Part shown: in pieces, positions 12,197 through 26,597 of the stretch
Numbering within the stretch: the stretch's first letter is position 1
Layout: every line of letters starts with the position of its first letter
Source: Octopus bimaculoides
Lineage: Eukaryota
Direction of reading: 5' to 3'
Assembly: GCF_001194135.2 (NCBI RefSeq)
Contig: NC_069000.1
Span: 34,703,099-34,767,098, forward strand
DNA length: 64,000 bases
Made by a program: the position numbers and the translations under genes
Notes under the pieces: generated by a model
The model's input: only the letters and a program-made list of their open reading frames with translations
The model's database searches: none
Told to the model about the DNA's origin: nothing

Positions 12197-12568
12197 AACC
12201 ACATGGTTCCGGGTTCAGTCCCAATGTGTGGCACCTTGGGCAAATATCTTCTACTAAAGCCTCGGGCTGACCAAAGCCTTGTGAGTAGATTTGGTGAATG
12301 GAAACTGAAAGAAGCCCGTCGTATATATGTATATATATATGTATGTGTGTGTGTATGTTTGTGTGTCTGTGTTTGTCCCCCCAACATCGCTTGACAACTG
12401 ATGCTGGTGTGTTTACGTCCTCATAACTTAGTGGTTCGGCAAAAGGGACCAATAGAATAAGTACTAGGCTTACAAATATTAAGTCCTGGGGTCGATTTGC
12501 TCGACTAAAGGTGGTGCTCCAGCATGGCCATAGTCAAATGACTGAAACAAGTAAAAGAGTAAATGAGT
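12197..12568 (+). mobile_element. SINE family A (5'-truncated)
   Basis: High similarity by eye to 43500-43883. Confidence 0.85.
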
Positions 12569-13823
12569 ATGCAGGGCTTTGACTCAGCTGCTATTTCTTG
12601 CTGCCGAATGATCACAAAGAGGCTTCCTCATATTCTTGTTGTTGTGTAGCTCTCAGGTCAGCTTCCACAGTACAGCATCAACCAGACCATCAGATGCTGT
12701 TATATATCACTGGTCACTATGCGCTTCCAATTCTGTCTTGATTGCCCCATTCTTTTCCATCTTGAACCTTCTCATCATTGTGGAGGCTTTCCAGGTGGCT
12801 TTTTCCAGTTTCTTGGATACCACTTAGCAACTACATGGATCCACTGTACAGTTGTCTGTGAACCTTGTGACACAAGATTTTCAACATATGATTGGTTGAA
12901 TGACCAACTTGCAATTCCCAGCCCACAGCTGCATGCATGTAAACACATCTTTGCCTTATTGATTACCATTGCACTTATTATAACATGCAATGGTAGTTTG
13001 TGGTGTGGGGCAGCAACACTGCAAACATCATGCTACACAGTGAAAAGAAACTGCCATAGATTGGAGGATCAGGGCAATTATAATATTTCAATCTAAATTA
13101 GACAACACAAGGCTAGAAATTTGAGGAGAGAGAGCATCAATCCATTATAAACACAAAGGGAGTGTGACTTATTCACTGACCCCAATCCTTTTCCTTTAAT
13201 TCCCCTCCCCCCAAACTATTCACTGTGTCCACCACCCCTAACCTATCTCTAATCATTTGTCACATTCTTTTCACTCTAGCATAATTCCCTACCCACCTAC
13301 CTTTTCTATTCCTCAACCCCAGTTTTCTCTCTCATATCCACCTTGTACTTTGAGGGTACTCCCTCACCCTCACCCCTCCTCTCACTTTCCAGACGGGGGG
13401 AGGAAGCCATGCATTCACATCTTTAGCAAGACCCCCCTGCTCCTGTCCATCTATCTTACTTTTACCCACTTCATTACTATACCCCAGTACTTAATTTTTT
13501 TTTTAAAGCCTGATATTTATTCTCTCTCTCTCTCCCCTTTGCCTGCTACATTACAGGGATGTAAACACACCAACACCGGTTGTCAAGTTGTGGTGGGGAA
13601 ACAAACACAGACACAAAGACATGCGCACACGCAAATACACACACACACACACACACACACACACGACAAGCTTCTTTCAGTTTCCGTCTACCAAATCCAT
13701 TCACAAGGCTTTGGTGAGCCTGAGGCTATAGTAGAAGACACTTGCCCAAGGTGCTGCACAGTAGGACTGAACTCATAAGTAGTAGGGAAGCAAGCTTCTT
13801 CCCACACAGCCATGCCTGCTCCC

Positions 13824-13856
<33 letters not shown>

Positions 13857-14559
13857 TTTTTTTGGTTTGCCAAAATTCTTCTGTTACAAAATCCAAAAGA
13901 CACAAGAGCTCTTCTCTGGAGGGGATTTCCCTTCTCTGAGTGAATCACAGTTTACTCTTGTTTTATTGTTTTTATTTTTTATGGGTTTTTTTTTTTTTCG
14001 AGGGTTTTCCTTTATAACTTCTAAAGTGCCTTTGAGTGTCAGCTAGTCTGTGTGTCTGTGTGTCTTGCAACAACCACAAGACTTCCTTTAGTCTGAAGTG
14101 GGGTGTTATAGCTAGAGATAAAACGCTTAATACAATGTTGTGTGTGTGTGTATGTGAGTGAGTGTGCGTGCGTGCATGTGTGTGTGTGTGTCTGTGTGTG
14201 TGTGAATTGCTTCAGTCTGTCTCTTTCTGGCTATCAGCTGAGATATGGTTTCAGCTGTCTGGCCTTCTTCCTTACATTGTCAGTTCTTCCTCCTAATACT
14301 TTGCTAAACAGATGGTGAAGAAAAGAAAAGAGCACACACACACACACACACTGGTTGTGTGTGTGTGTGTTCGTGCCTATGCATGTATGTGTGTTTCTTA
14401 TGTGTATACGATTTTGTATGTGTGTGCAGTGTCTTCAGAAAGCACTTGTGTAATATGTCCCCCGTTCCACCTCCTACCCTTTTCTGACCTGCTTTCTCTT
14501 CTTGTTACCAAAAAAAAAAGAAAAGAAATAATGATAACAAATATATGTGTGTGTGTGTG

Positions 14560-14599
<40 letters not shown>

Positions 14600-14790
14600 A
14601 ATAAAAAGGAAAAGAAGAAAAAGAAAGTCTTAGCTTTATGCTCTCACCCTCTTAAAAGTCTCTTGCAGATCTTGATAACTTGAAAGATTTCATTCTTTGT
14701 TCTCTTCACCCAGTTCTAGTGGTGTCTTCAAGTTACAAGTTATTTACCCCACCCTATGAGACAATTTACACACACACACACATGCACATG

Positions 14791-14832
<42 letters not shown>

Positions 14833-15780
14833 GACGTTTGAGCTGGAAGCTGAAGTTTCTTGAATTGAATTGCCAATTATGATTATTCTAGAAGATTGGA
14901 AAAGAGGAAGCAGCATGACATTATATAAGCAAAAATATTCACGAGTGCATTGATATGGTTAGTCATTGAGATATGATTGGTTGCCAGAAATATTGGAAAA
15001 TACACTCTTTTATTCAATTCCCATATATGTATGTGCATGTGTGTGTGTGGTGGTGGGGTTGGAGTTGTTTCTAATAGTTTCTTTACTGAAATCTGCATTA
15101 CTCAAAGTTTCACAACAGAGGACCATGTCTAATTATTCAGAGTTTGTGGTTCTAATTGCCGGAGCATCCACAAGCTCTAAAGAAAGGTTATTGTCATTAA
15201 ATGATGTAGAAAGATCATTCTTAGTTGTCGGTCTGTGTTTTGCGATGGAACAAGTATTTGGACAACTGGCAGATGACTGCTAAGATATTGTAGTAGTAGC
15301 TGCATATTGTGTACATAAATGATGAATGAGATGACAGCCATGATGGAAATGATAAAAAATAGTCTTCGTGGCTTTCATTAGAAATTCAAGTAAAACATAT
15401 CAGTGAAATTTCAGTAAAGATTAATGAAACAGTTTTATCAACTAATAATTTCAAATTTGCTAATTGAGAGCTCTGATGATGGCAACAGTATGAAAGTTCA
15501 GTCTTCTTGTTCAAAGATACAGCGGATTATGGCAATATGTGCAGTTTCTTTGCACTCTTCCATTAAAACAGGTCTAGCCATTGAACTGTTGGATTAGGGG
15601 ACATATTACCAGATGAGGCTTGGTGACAAAAGGGGCATCCAGCTGTAGAAAATGTTTGCCGCAGTGAATGTCATCTGACCCATACCAGCATGGAAAAGTG
15701 CACATTAAAACAATGATGTTGGTGATGATGATGATGGTATATACATGTACATGTACACATTGACATTGGAAGAGCATTTA

Positions 15781-16157
15781 TTCTTTTACTTGTTTCAGTC
15801 ATTTGATTGTGGCTATGCTGGAGCACCACATGAAGGGGTTTTAGTCAAGCAAATTGACCCCAGGAATTATTCTTTGTAAGCCTACCACTAAGTTACAGGG
15901 ACATAAATGCACCGACATTGGTTATCAAGCGATGGTAAGGGTGGAACAAATACACACACACACACACACATTTATATATGTGTGTGTGTGTGTGTATGAC
16001 AAGCTTCTTTCAGTTTCCATCTACGAAGTCCACTCACAGGGCTTTGGTTGGCCAGAGGTTATAGTAGAAGACATTTGCCCAAGGTGCTGTGCAGCAGGAC
16101 TGAACCCAGAACCATGTGGTTGGGAAGCGAGCTTCTTACCACACAACCATGCCTGCG
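15781..16157 (-). mobile_element. SINE family A (reverse)
   Basis: Tail ttcttttacttgtttcagtc through to head cacaaccatgcctgcg. Other reverse copies lie at 13540-13820, 22126-22487 and 36553-36970. Confidence 0.8.
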
Positions 16158-18198
16158 ACTGTGTGTGTGTGTGTGTGTGTGTACTGTGTGAAAGATAGAG
16201 TAATCTTGATAAAATGCATGTTATCTTACAAAAATCTTCATCATCATCATCATCATTATTATTATCATCCTTATCATCATCAGCCCTTCCTTTCCCTTGC
16301 CTCTTCATTCAAGGCTACCTCTACACTCATCCCTCCACACCCATACTCAAGGACACAAGTTTAGTTTTAGATCTGCCTTGATTGAATGCACACTTACAAT
16401 AAAATGTGTTCCAGCTCTGACCTTTTTTTCTTCTATTGAGAACAACATTGTCCTTATCTTGTGTGCTCTTCCTGGGATTTGGCTGCTTTTTCTAGCGAGT
16501 TGAATGACCACCTAGAATCTCACTCATTCGTGGTGGTGGTGGTGGTGGTGGCGGCGGTGGCTGTGAGGAGGAGGAGGAGGATGGTGGTTGTGGTGTTGTT
16601 GATGATGGTGATGATTGTGTTTTGCTCATTATGATCATGATGGCCATGATGAGGTTGGATAAGGTAGTTCTGATGACTGAAGAAAGGGTTGATATTTGAG
16701 GTATATTTGATAGTGTATCACCATCCCAACGTCATTTTATATATACTGTATATAATGTTTATATGAATTGTCTATATACATGTGTCTCTTTCTTCCTNNN
16801 NNNNNNNNNNNNNNNNNNNNNNNNNNNNNNNNNNNNNNNNNNNNNNNNNNNNNNNNNNNNNNNNNNNNNNNNNNNNNNNNNNNNNNNNNNNNNNNNNNNN
16901 NNNNNNNNNNNNNNNNNNNNNNNNNNNNNNNNNNNNNNNNNNNNNNNNNNNNNNNNNNNNNNNNNNNNNNNNNNNNNNNNNNNNNNNNNNNNNNNNNNNN
17001 NNNNNNNNNNNNNNNNNNNNNNNNNNNNNNNNNNNNNNNNNNNNNNNNNNNNNNNNNNNNNNNNNNNNNNNNNNNNNNNNNNNNNNNNNNNNNNNNNNNN
17101 NNNNNNNNNNNNNNNNNNNNNNNNNNNNNNNNNNNNNNNNNNNNNNNNNNNNNNNNNNNNNNNNNNNNNNNNNNNNNNNNNNNNNNNNNNNNNNNNNNNN
17201 NNNNNNNNNNNNNNNNNNNNNNNNNNNNNNNNNNNNNNNNNNNNNNNNNNNNNNNNNNNNNNNNNNNNNNNNNNNNNNNNNNNNNNNNNNNNNNNNNNNN
17301 NNNNNNNNNNNNNNNNNNNNNNNNNNNNNNNNNNNNNNNNNNNNNNNNNNNNNNNNNNNNNNNNNNNNNNNNNNNNNNNNNNNNNNNNNNNNNNNNNNNN
17401 NNNNNNNNNNNNNNNNNNNNNNNNNNNNNNNNNNNNNNNNNNNNNNNNNNNNNNNNNNNNNNNNNNNNNNNNNNNNNNNNNNNNNNNNNNNNNNNNNNNN
17501 NNNNNNNNNNNNNNNNNNNNNNNNNNNNNTATATGTATGTATGTATGTGTGTCTGTGTTTGTACCCCAACATCGCTTGACAACCGATGCTGGTGTGTTTA
17601 CGTCCCCGTAACTTAGCGGTTCAGGAAAAAGAGACTGATAGAATAAGTACTAGGCTTACAAAGAATAAGTCCTGTGGTTGATTTGTTCGACTAAAGGCAG
17701 TGCTCCAGTATGGCCGCAATAAAATGACTGAAACAAGAAGGGCATCCAGCTGTAGAAACTCTGCCAGATCAGACTGGAGCTTGGTGTAGCCATCTGGTTC
17801 GCCAGTTCTCAGTCAAATCGTCCAACCCATGCTAGCATGGAAAGCAGACGTTAAACAGTGATGATGATGATGATGATGATGATATATATATACACACACA
17901 CACACACAGACACGCATGCACGCATATGTTTGTCTATGTACTATTATGACTTGCGCTTGATAGATTGATTACATGTGTCTCTGTGTGTGCATGTATGTAC
18001 GTACTCCAATGTCTTGTACTAGATAGGGAGATAGATAGGCTGGGTGATAAAACACACACACAGCCTGGGTCACCATATGTGTGTCAGTGAGTGTCTGTGT
18101 GTAGACGTGATTGTACATGTGTGCACACGTGTGTGTTGGTGCATGTGACAATTTATGTGCGCGTGTGTGTATACATGTCTACTTCTAAATTTGGCATG

Positions 18199-18267
<69 letters not shown>

Positions 18268-18499
18268 ATGGACTGAGATGTCTGGTGATATGAGGTTCTT
18301 GAGAAGACCCACCTACCTCAACAAGACTGAATTCTGGAAGAACTGTGTATGCTGTTCTCTCTGCCACACATTATGTTAATCTCCACCCAACCACCCACCC
18401 CAACCTGCCAATCAACCAGACTGCATTTTGTAACATACTAAGCTTTCCCCCTAGCCCCCACACTCCAACACCACTTTGTCATCTCTCTCTCCCTTTCTT

Positions 18500-18532
<33 letters not shown>

Positions 18533-21501
18533 ATCATCCTCACTGCATTACCTTTCCTTACCTTCTACACTCTTGTGAACTCCCTACTTTCTCTCACCCT
18601 GTCCAATACTCTGTGCCTTTCTACTTAACATCCGCCTCCTTCTACCATGAGGGTACTCACCCTGGCAATCTTCATCCCCATCCTCTCTTTCTCCGTTTGT
18701 CTGTCTGTCCGTCTCTGTCTCTCTCCCTCCCCCTCCCTCTCTCTATCTCTCCCACTTCTGACTTGAATAGCCATGTATCTCCATTGCAGCAAGATACTTG
18801 TTTCTCTCTCTCCATCATAGTTTAATCTCTCATCACCTGGCACAAAGCCACCCCTTTCACAACTACTCCTCCTTCATTTCAGGGTTTTTGTCTTTGCCTT
18901 GCATATACCTTGGTGACCTCACCAGTGCTGATGTCATGTAAAATGCATCCATCCATAGAAACCATGCCAAAGCAGACAGAAAGAGCTTGATGCAGTCCTC
19001 TAGTCCTCTGACTAGTCAGCCCCTGTCAGCCATCCAACCCATGACAGCATGGAAAAATTGATATTAAGTGAAGCTGATGATTTTATATATATAGGTGGTG
19101 CTATTGAGCTAGTCATGGCTTGGGCCGATAATGGCCAAAACCAATCTAAGTTATATAGTAGCAGCTTCTAAGTGGAAGTGAGGCAACAATATTCTTTGTC
19201 TATCTCCTTAACTTCTTGGAGATTTTAGGTAAAATTATACTAATGTGTCCATCTGTTTTAATTTAATTAAATTGTCTTTGTGCAGCTGAGGATTGCTCTG
19301 CATTTAAATTGATGTAATGGTTGCATTATTCAATTTAATGGAGTTGCGTGAAACGATCGTACTGCATTACCTCTGGATATCCTTGTTGCTTATTTTGATT
19401 TTAATCACCTTATTTTGAAATTGTATGGATAATTCCGTATAAAATTCTGGTGCCTCAACTTAAGTACCATATTCATCTGAATCTAAATTTTTGCTGAACT
19501 CATATATATATATATATTGTGCAAGAAGCACATGGCCTAGTGGTTTGAGCAGCAGACTCCTGGTTGCAGGATTGCAGGTTCAAATCTCAGACCAGGCGAT
19601 GTGTATGTTTATGAGCGAAACACCTAAGCTCCACATGGCTCCGGCAGAAATTAATGGCAAACCTCTGCTGACTCTTTCACCACAACTTTTCTCTCACTCT
19701 TTCCTCCTGCATCTAGCAGCTCAGCTGCGATGGACCGGTGTCCCATCCAGGTGGGAAACCTATATGCTAATGAAACCGGGAAACCGGCCGTTATGAGCCA
19801 GGCATAGCTCGAGGAGGCACAAACAACAATGTATTGCACGAGTAGTACAATGTAAACGTGCTCAATCTGGTGTCACATTAGAAGCACCCAGCGCACACTG
19901 TAAAGTGGTTGGCATTAAGAAGGGCATCCAGCCATAGAAACCAAACCAAACTGGAACCTTTTGCAGCTCTCCAGTTTGCCAACTCTGGTGAAACTGTCCA
20001 ACCCTTGCCAGCATGGAAAACAGATGTTAAAAGATGATGATGATGTGTTTATGTATATATGCATGACAGTGTTTGTGTGTGTGTGTGTCTGTATGAAGTG
20101 AGAGAAAGAGGGAAAAAAGAGAGAAATAATGTATGTTTGCCATTGAACTACAAAATGCCCTGGTGACATACAACAGTCTTAATAAGATACAGAGGTAGGT
20201 ATATAAAGATGCACACACACACACACACACATACATACATACATACATACATACATACAACTAGATAGATAGATAGATAGATAGATTGCAGCTGTGTATT
20301 CTAGAAAGCCAGACAACTCTTAACTTAGTCTACCTACTTAAGAGGACACATCCATCCTTACCCTACTTCCATTGCCTTCTTTTTATGGTTTACATAATCT
20401 CATTAAATGTTGCATATCTAAGCATTCAATACACACGCACACACGTGTGTGTGCATATATGTGTTAAGTATTTTGCCTGAGGCAGTGCTTGTAAAATATA
20501 TCATAGATATAATTTTGAAATCTTAACTATTTATGTGTGGATATAGATATAATATATATATATTATAATGTGTGTTTATATATATCATCGTCGTCATCAT
20601 CATCATCATCATCACTATCATCATTGTCTTTTAATGTCTGTTCTCCATGGTGGCATAGGTTGGACGGTTTAACTATAACTGGCAAGCAGAAGAGCTGCAC
20701 CAACGTGTGTGTATACATAAATCTATATTTGTGTGTGTGTGTGTGTGTGTGTGTCATTATGTACAACATAAATAATATTAGTTTTAGATAGCAATATGTG
20801 TGTAGCATACTTAAAGTAGATACTTTAGTGAAAGCCAAATTAACTGTGGTGTTCATCCTTAGATAATATCTCTTATTGTGTTAAAAAACATAGAAATAAG
20901 TCAGTAGCAGAATGAATATTTTCTAACAGTGGTTATGTCATTATTAAATATGCATTTCAGTTTCTTTGGGCTCTATCAGTAGCAAAAATTCACTGGCAAC
21001 TGCATGCTAAGACAATATCTGCTCTTAATAATATAAGTAAAACAGTGATTGGAAAATCATTGATGTTGCGATCAGCCAGCAGGTTAAATAAAGATGCGTT
21101 GTGAGCAACAGAAGTGGTTTTAGTTTAAAATAGTAATCTGTATATGATACTTAAAGCAGATACATCATTGAAAGACTAATTTACTGTGGTAAATAGCAGA
21201 AAAGCATAAATTTCGCACATAGTTCAAACTTTGTGTTAAACAGCTGTTTCATTAAGATAAACTTCATCAAATTTATACATACATGATTGTAATACTTGAT
21301 TGATTTAAATTATATAGATTTGAATGGAATATGTTTTATAGTGGTGTTCACCCAAATCATCAGGAATATTTTGTGTTAGGTTAATCAAAATATGATGGCG
21401 ATGTTGGGGAAGATTATTTTTGTATGTATAAATGTGTAGACATAAAGATATACACACATGTTGCTTTCAAAGATCCTTTTAGCCAATTATTTATATATGA
21501 A

Positions 21502-21516
21502 TATTATTATTATTAT

Positions 21517-21588
<72 letters not shown>

Positions 21589-21612
21589 CACCACCACCAC
21601 CACCACTATTAC

Positions 21613-21645
<33 letters not shown>
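21502..21645. repeat. Compound triplet microsatellite (TAT)n(TAC)n(CAC)n(TAT)n
   Basis: Directly visible; single register throughout. Confidence 0.95.
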
Positions 21646-21688
21646 CATTTAAAACAGCTTAATTTAGCTTCATGAAACTTTAAAGAGT

Positions 21689-21928
21689 TTAACCCATTAG
21701 CATTTAATCCAGCCATACCCAGCCCTAAAATTCTACCTATTTTATGTTCAAACCAGCCACATCCAACCTCTCACACCTACTTTACAATGTCATTCTAAAA
21801 TATATACTAACACACCATTGAAATCTTGAAGCTGTGAGATGATCCATGATTACAAGCTGATGATCCATGATTACAAGCTGATGATCCATGATTAATTTGG
21901 CAAAGTAATCTGAATGCTAATTGGTTAA
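21689..21928. mobile_element. piggyBac-type MITE (TTAA-flanked, 232 bp)
   Basis: TTAA|CCCATTAGCATT...AATGCTAATTGG|TTAA: 12-bp TIR with 1 mismatch and a TTAA duplication; no ORF. Confidence 0.75.
21838..21894. repeat. 21-bp tandem repeat, 2.7 copies, inside the MITE
   Basis: Unit GATGATCCATGATTACAAGCT. Confidence 0.9.
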
Positions 21929-22296
21929 AGAATTGAAAAGGCTTCCCTGATAATTTTTCCCATTTTAATAATTAGATGTTTATAAGCCATTTCTATTCAT
22001 TTTTCAAATATATGATACTGTACCAAAGACTTTCTATTTCTGATTCCACTATATATATATATGTACATATACATACATATACATATATATATATATGTAT
22101 GTATATATATATANNNNNNNNNNTGGCCATGCTGGAGCACCACCTTTAGTAAACCTTATTCTTTGTAAGACTGGTACTTATTCTATCGTTTACTTTTGCT
22201 GAACCACTAAGTTATGGGGACGTAAACACACCAACATTGGTTGTCAAGCGATGGTATAGGAATAAACACAGATACACAAATACATCCATCCATTTA

Positions 22297-22335
<39 letters not shown>

Positions 22336-23397
22336 CGGGCTTCTTTCAGTTTCCGTCTGCCAAATCCACTCACAAGGCTTTGATCAGCCTGAGGCTATAG
22401 TAGAAGACACTTGCCCATGGTGCCACGCAGTGGGACTGAACCTGGAGCCATGTGGTTGGGAAGCAAGCTTCTTACCACACAGCGACTCCTAACCCTTTTA
22501 TATTTTACCTACTTCTCTTATTGGACTGTTGGAGCACCAACCCTCTAGTACTTACTTCTACCAGTTCCTGTCTACCAAATTCACTTACATAGCATTAGTT
22601 GGCCTAGGGCTATAATAAAAGACATCTGCTCTGGGTGCTGCACAGTGGGACTGACCCCAAAACCATATGGTTGCCAAGTAAGCATTTTAACCACACAGCT
22701 ATTCCTGTACCTATATATACATTATATTATATTATATTATATTATATATTATATATAGTATTACATATATGAGATCTATTTCCTTTATCCTGATCAGAAA
22801 GTTTCTTGTCATTGGTACTGCTTTCAGTGTGTTTTTCATTTGTACTTAGTAATCCTAGCACCAGCAGAATCTGCTATCACGGTGCTCGCACCAACAGCCG
22901 GCCGACCCTACCTGCTATTTCCAGAATCTCCCTGAAAGGGTGCACACTGTGTAACTGAAACATGACCCTCTACACTTCTGAGCTAAACCTGCAGAGTGAG
23001 TTATCAAAATTCATTAGGACCCCTGTGTGTTGTTTGTTTGTGCGACGTGCACACGTGTGTGGTGTGTGTGTGTGGGGGGGGGAGAGAGATAGCAAGATAC
23101 ATGTACAGATTCACATGCATGCACATATGTATACACTTATGTGCATGTGTGTGTGTTTGTATATGTACAGACACATACACACACACATCTCTCTCTCTAT
23201 ATGTATATATATGTATATATATGTATATATATATATATATATAAAGAGAGAGAGAATGGTACACACAAGCCCATATGCATGCACGTATACTTACATATGC
23301 ATATGCACACATACGCGTGTGTGCAGAAAGTGGGACTGTTTTACTGTTTTCTTTAAAGCAGTAAATTCTTCAATTATCTTCGCTCCTCCTCCTCTCC

Positions 23398-23441
<44 letters not shown>

Positions 23442-24602
23442 TAGCAAAGTCTTGCTTGTATAAAACCCAACCTATGCACCATCTTAAAGGGGTTTTTGTT
23501 TTTACATATCTTGACAACACCGAACCTCTCTCACACACACACACNNNNNNNNNNNNNNNNNNNNNNNNNNNNNNNNNNNNNNNNNNNNNNNNNNNNNNNN
23601 NNNNNNNNNNNNNNNNNNNNNNNNNNNNNNNNNNNNNNNNNNNNNNNNNNNNNNNNNNNNNNNNNNNNNNNNNNNNNNNNNNNNNNNNNNNNNNNNNNNN
23701 NNNNNNNNNNNNNNNNNNNNNNNNNNNNNNNNNNNNNNNNNNNNNNNNNNNNNNNNNNNNNNNNNNNNNNNNNNNNNNNNNNNNNNNNNNNNNNNNNNNN
23801 NNNNNNNNNNNNNNNNNNNNNNNNNNNNNNNNNNNNNNNNNNNNNNNNNNNNNNNNNNNNNNNNNNNNNNNNNNNNNNNNNNNNNNNNNNNNNNNNNNNN
23901 NNNNNNNNNNNNNNNNNNNNNNNNNNNNNNNNNNNNNNNNNNNNNNNNNNNNNNNNNNNNNNNNNNNNNNNNNNNNNNNNNNNNNNNNNNNNNNNNNNNN
24001 NNNNNNNNNNNNNNNNNNNNNNNNNNNNNNNNNNNNNNNNNNNNNNNNNNNNNNNNNNNNNNNNNNNNNNNNNNNNNNNNNNNNNNNNNNNNNNNNNNNN
24101 NNNNNNNNNNNNNNNNNNNNNNNNNNNNNNNNNNNNNNNNNNNNNNNNNNNNNNNNNNNNNNNNNNNNNNNNNNNNNNNNNNNNNNNNNNNNNNNNNNNN
24201 NNNNNNNNNNNNNNNNNNNNNNNNNNNNNNNNNNNNNNNNNNNNNNNNNNNNNNNNNNNNNNNNNNNNNNNNNNNNNNNNNNNNNNNNNNNNNNNNNNNN
24301 NNNNNNNNNNNNNNNNNNNNNNNNNNNNNNNNNNNNNNNNNNNNNNNNNNNNNNNNNNNNNNNNNNNNNNNNNNNNNNNNNNNNNNNNNNNNNNNNNNNN
24401 NNNNNNNNNNNNNNNNNNNNNNNNNNNNNNNNNNNNNNNNNNNNNNNNNNNNNNNNNNCCCGTAACTTAGCAGTTCAGCAAAAGAGACCGATAGAATAAG
24501 TACTAGGCTTACAAAGAATAAGTCCTGAGGTCGATTTGCTCGACTAAAGGCGGTGCTCCAGCATGGCCACAGTCAAATGACTGAAACAAGTAAAAGAGTA
24601 GA

Positions 24603-24630
<28 letters not shown>

Positions 24631-24633
<3 letters not shown>

Positions 24634-25710
24634 GAGTGAGAGAGCAGTGCATGCCATCAAAGTGACACTGGGGTAAAATATACGAAGCCCGGTATACCCA
24701 TCATGACTACCTGTCTGATAAGGGTACACCAGGCACATGCATCATAACCATATGCGCGCAACATGGCGAACTCATATAAAGATAAACAGCGCATCTCCTC
24801 GTAGGTGGGGCCCAGTTAGAATTTTCTTCAGGTCGAGTAGCCCATCCCGTTCAAAAGGTCCCTGAATAAGGTTTGTTAAAGGATGTTGAGCAAAACACCC
24901 ATGTTTCCAAAGGTGAATTATTCAAACCCGGAGGAATTCCTCTCACCACATGGCTATGATGCTCCCCCACTACTTCTGCTCATGATCAGAGATGCACATA
25001 TCGTCAGCCACCAAGAGACATGCTCAACTGGTTAAGGTCAAACAACTGACAAGCAAATCTGCGGTATTAAGCAGAATATTTGTTGTAGTCCATCTTTTAT
25101 ACCAAGACAAAACAATGTACATGATAACAATTCCAATCAATTAAGATCAGAAGCCATGAGAGCCACTGCCTGGTACTGCATCCGGGCATTTATTATTATT
25201 ATTATTATTTTTATTATTATTGAGTGCGAGAGCAGTGCATGCCTTCAAAGTGACAGGGGTACAAATATATGAAGCCCAATATACCCATCATGACTAGCCG
25301 TCTGATAAGGGAAGACCAGACACTTGCATCACAACTATATGTGCGTGACATGCTGATGTCATATCAAAATAAACAGTGCATGACCTCGCAGGTGGGACCC
25401 AGTTCAAATTTTCTTCAGATTGAGTAGTTTATACCCTAATCCTAACCCAAAAGTTCTTGAAGAAAGGTTGTTTAAGGATGTTGAACGAAACACCCATGAT
25501 TCCAGAGGTGAATTATGCAATCTCCAAAGAATTCCTTTCAACACATGGCTATGATGCTCCCCCACTACTTCTGCTCGTGATCAGAGATGCACATATCATC
25601 AACCACCAAGAGACATGCTCAACTGATTAAGGTCAAACTGACAAGCAAACCTCTGGTATTGAGCAGAATATTTGCTGTAGCCATTTTTTATACCAAGACA
25701 AAACATGTCC
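24631..25710. repeat. Two tandem copies of an unclassified ~560-bp interspersed repeat
   Basis: gagtgagagagcagtgcatgcc... at 24633 and 25222, separated by (ATT)n. A third partial copy lies at 49392-49550. Confidence 0.85.
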
Positions 25711-26339
25711 ATGTCTCTCTCTCTTTCTCTCTCTCCCTTTCTCTCTCTCTCCCTTTCTCTCTCTCTCCCTNNNNNNNNNNNNNNNNNNNNNNNNNNNNNN
25801 NNNNNNNNNNNNNNNNNNNNNNNNNNNNNNNNNNNNNNNNNNNNNNNNNNNNNNNNNNNNNNNNNNNNNNNNNNNNNNNNNNNNNNNNNNNNNNNNNNNN
25901 NNNNNNNNNNNNNNNNNNNNNNNNNNNNNNNNNNNNNNNNNNNNNNNNNNNNNNNNNNNNNNNNNNNNNNNNNNNNNNNNNNNNNNNNNNNNNNNNNNNN
26001 NNNNNNNNNNNNNNNNNNNNNNNNNNNNNNNNNNNNNNNNNNNNNNNNNNNNNNNNNNNNNNNNNNNNNNNNNNNNNNNNNNNNNNNNNNNNNNNNNNNN
26101 NNNNNNNNNNNNNNNNNNNNNNNNNNNNNNNNNNNNNNNNNNNNNNNNNNNNNNNNNNNNNNNNNNNNNNNNNNNNNNNNNNNNNNNNNNNNNNNNNNNN
26201 NNNNNNNNNNNNNNNNNNNNNNNNNNNNNNNNNNNNNNNNNNNNNNNNNNNNNNNNNNNNNNNNNNNNNNNNTGAATATGCACATGTGTGTACACATAGA
26301 CATGCAAATGCAAACACCCACACATACATTGCCTTCCAT

Positions 26340-26383
<44 letters not shown>

Positions 26384-26561
26384 ACACATCTATCTTTAAA
26401 TATACACCCAGCCCCCATGCACTGATTAGTGCAAATATATCTGTGCATATGTATGTGTATTGTTGTGTGTGAGTGTATATATAATATGTGTGTGTGATAT
26501 ATATTTGTGTATACGTGTATGTATATGTGCATGTATATGTGTGTGTTGTTTCTGTATTGTA

Positions 26562-26597
<36 letters not shown>

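Noticed and set aside
22962-22995. ATG...CAGA|GTGAGT as an ATXN1 first coding exon
   Set aside because: It ends in phase 1, incompatible with the phase-2 requirement of the 46724 exon.
25434-25450. Telomere-like CCCTAA units
   Set aside because: Only about two degenerate units inside a repeat copy.
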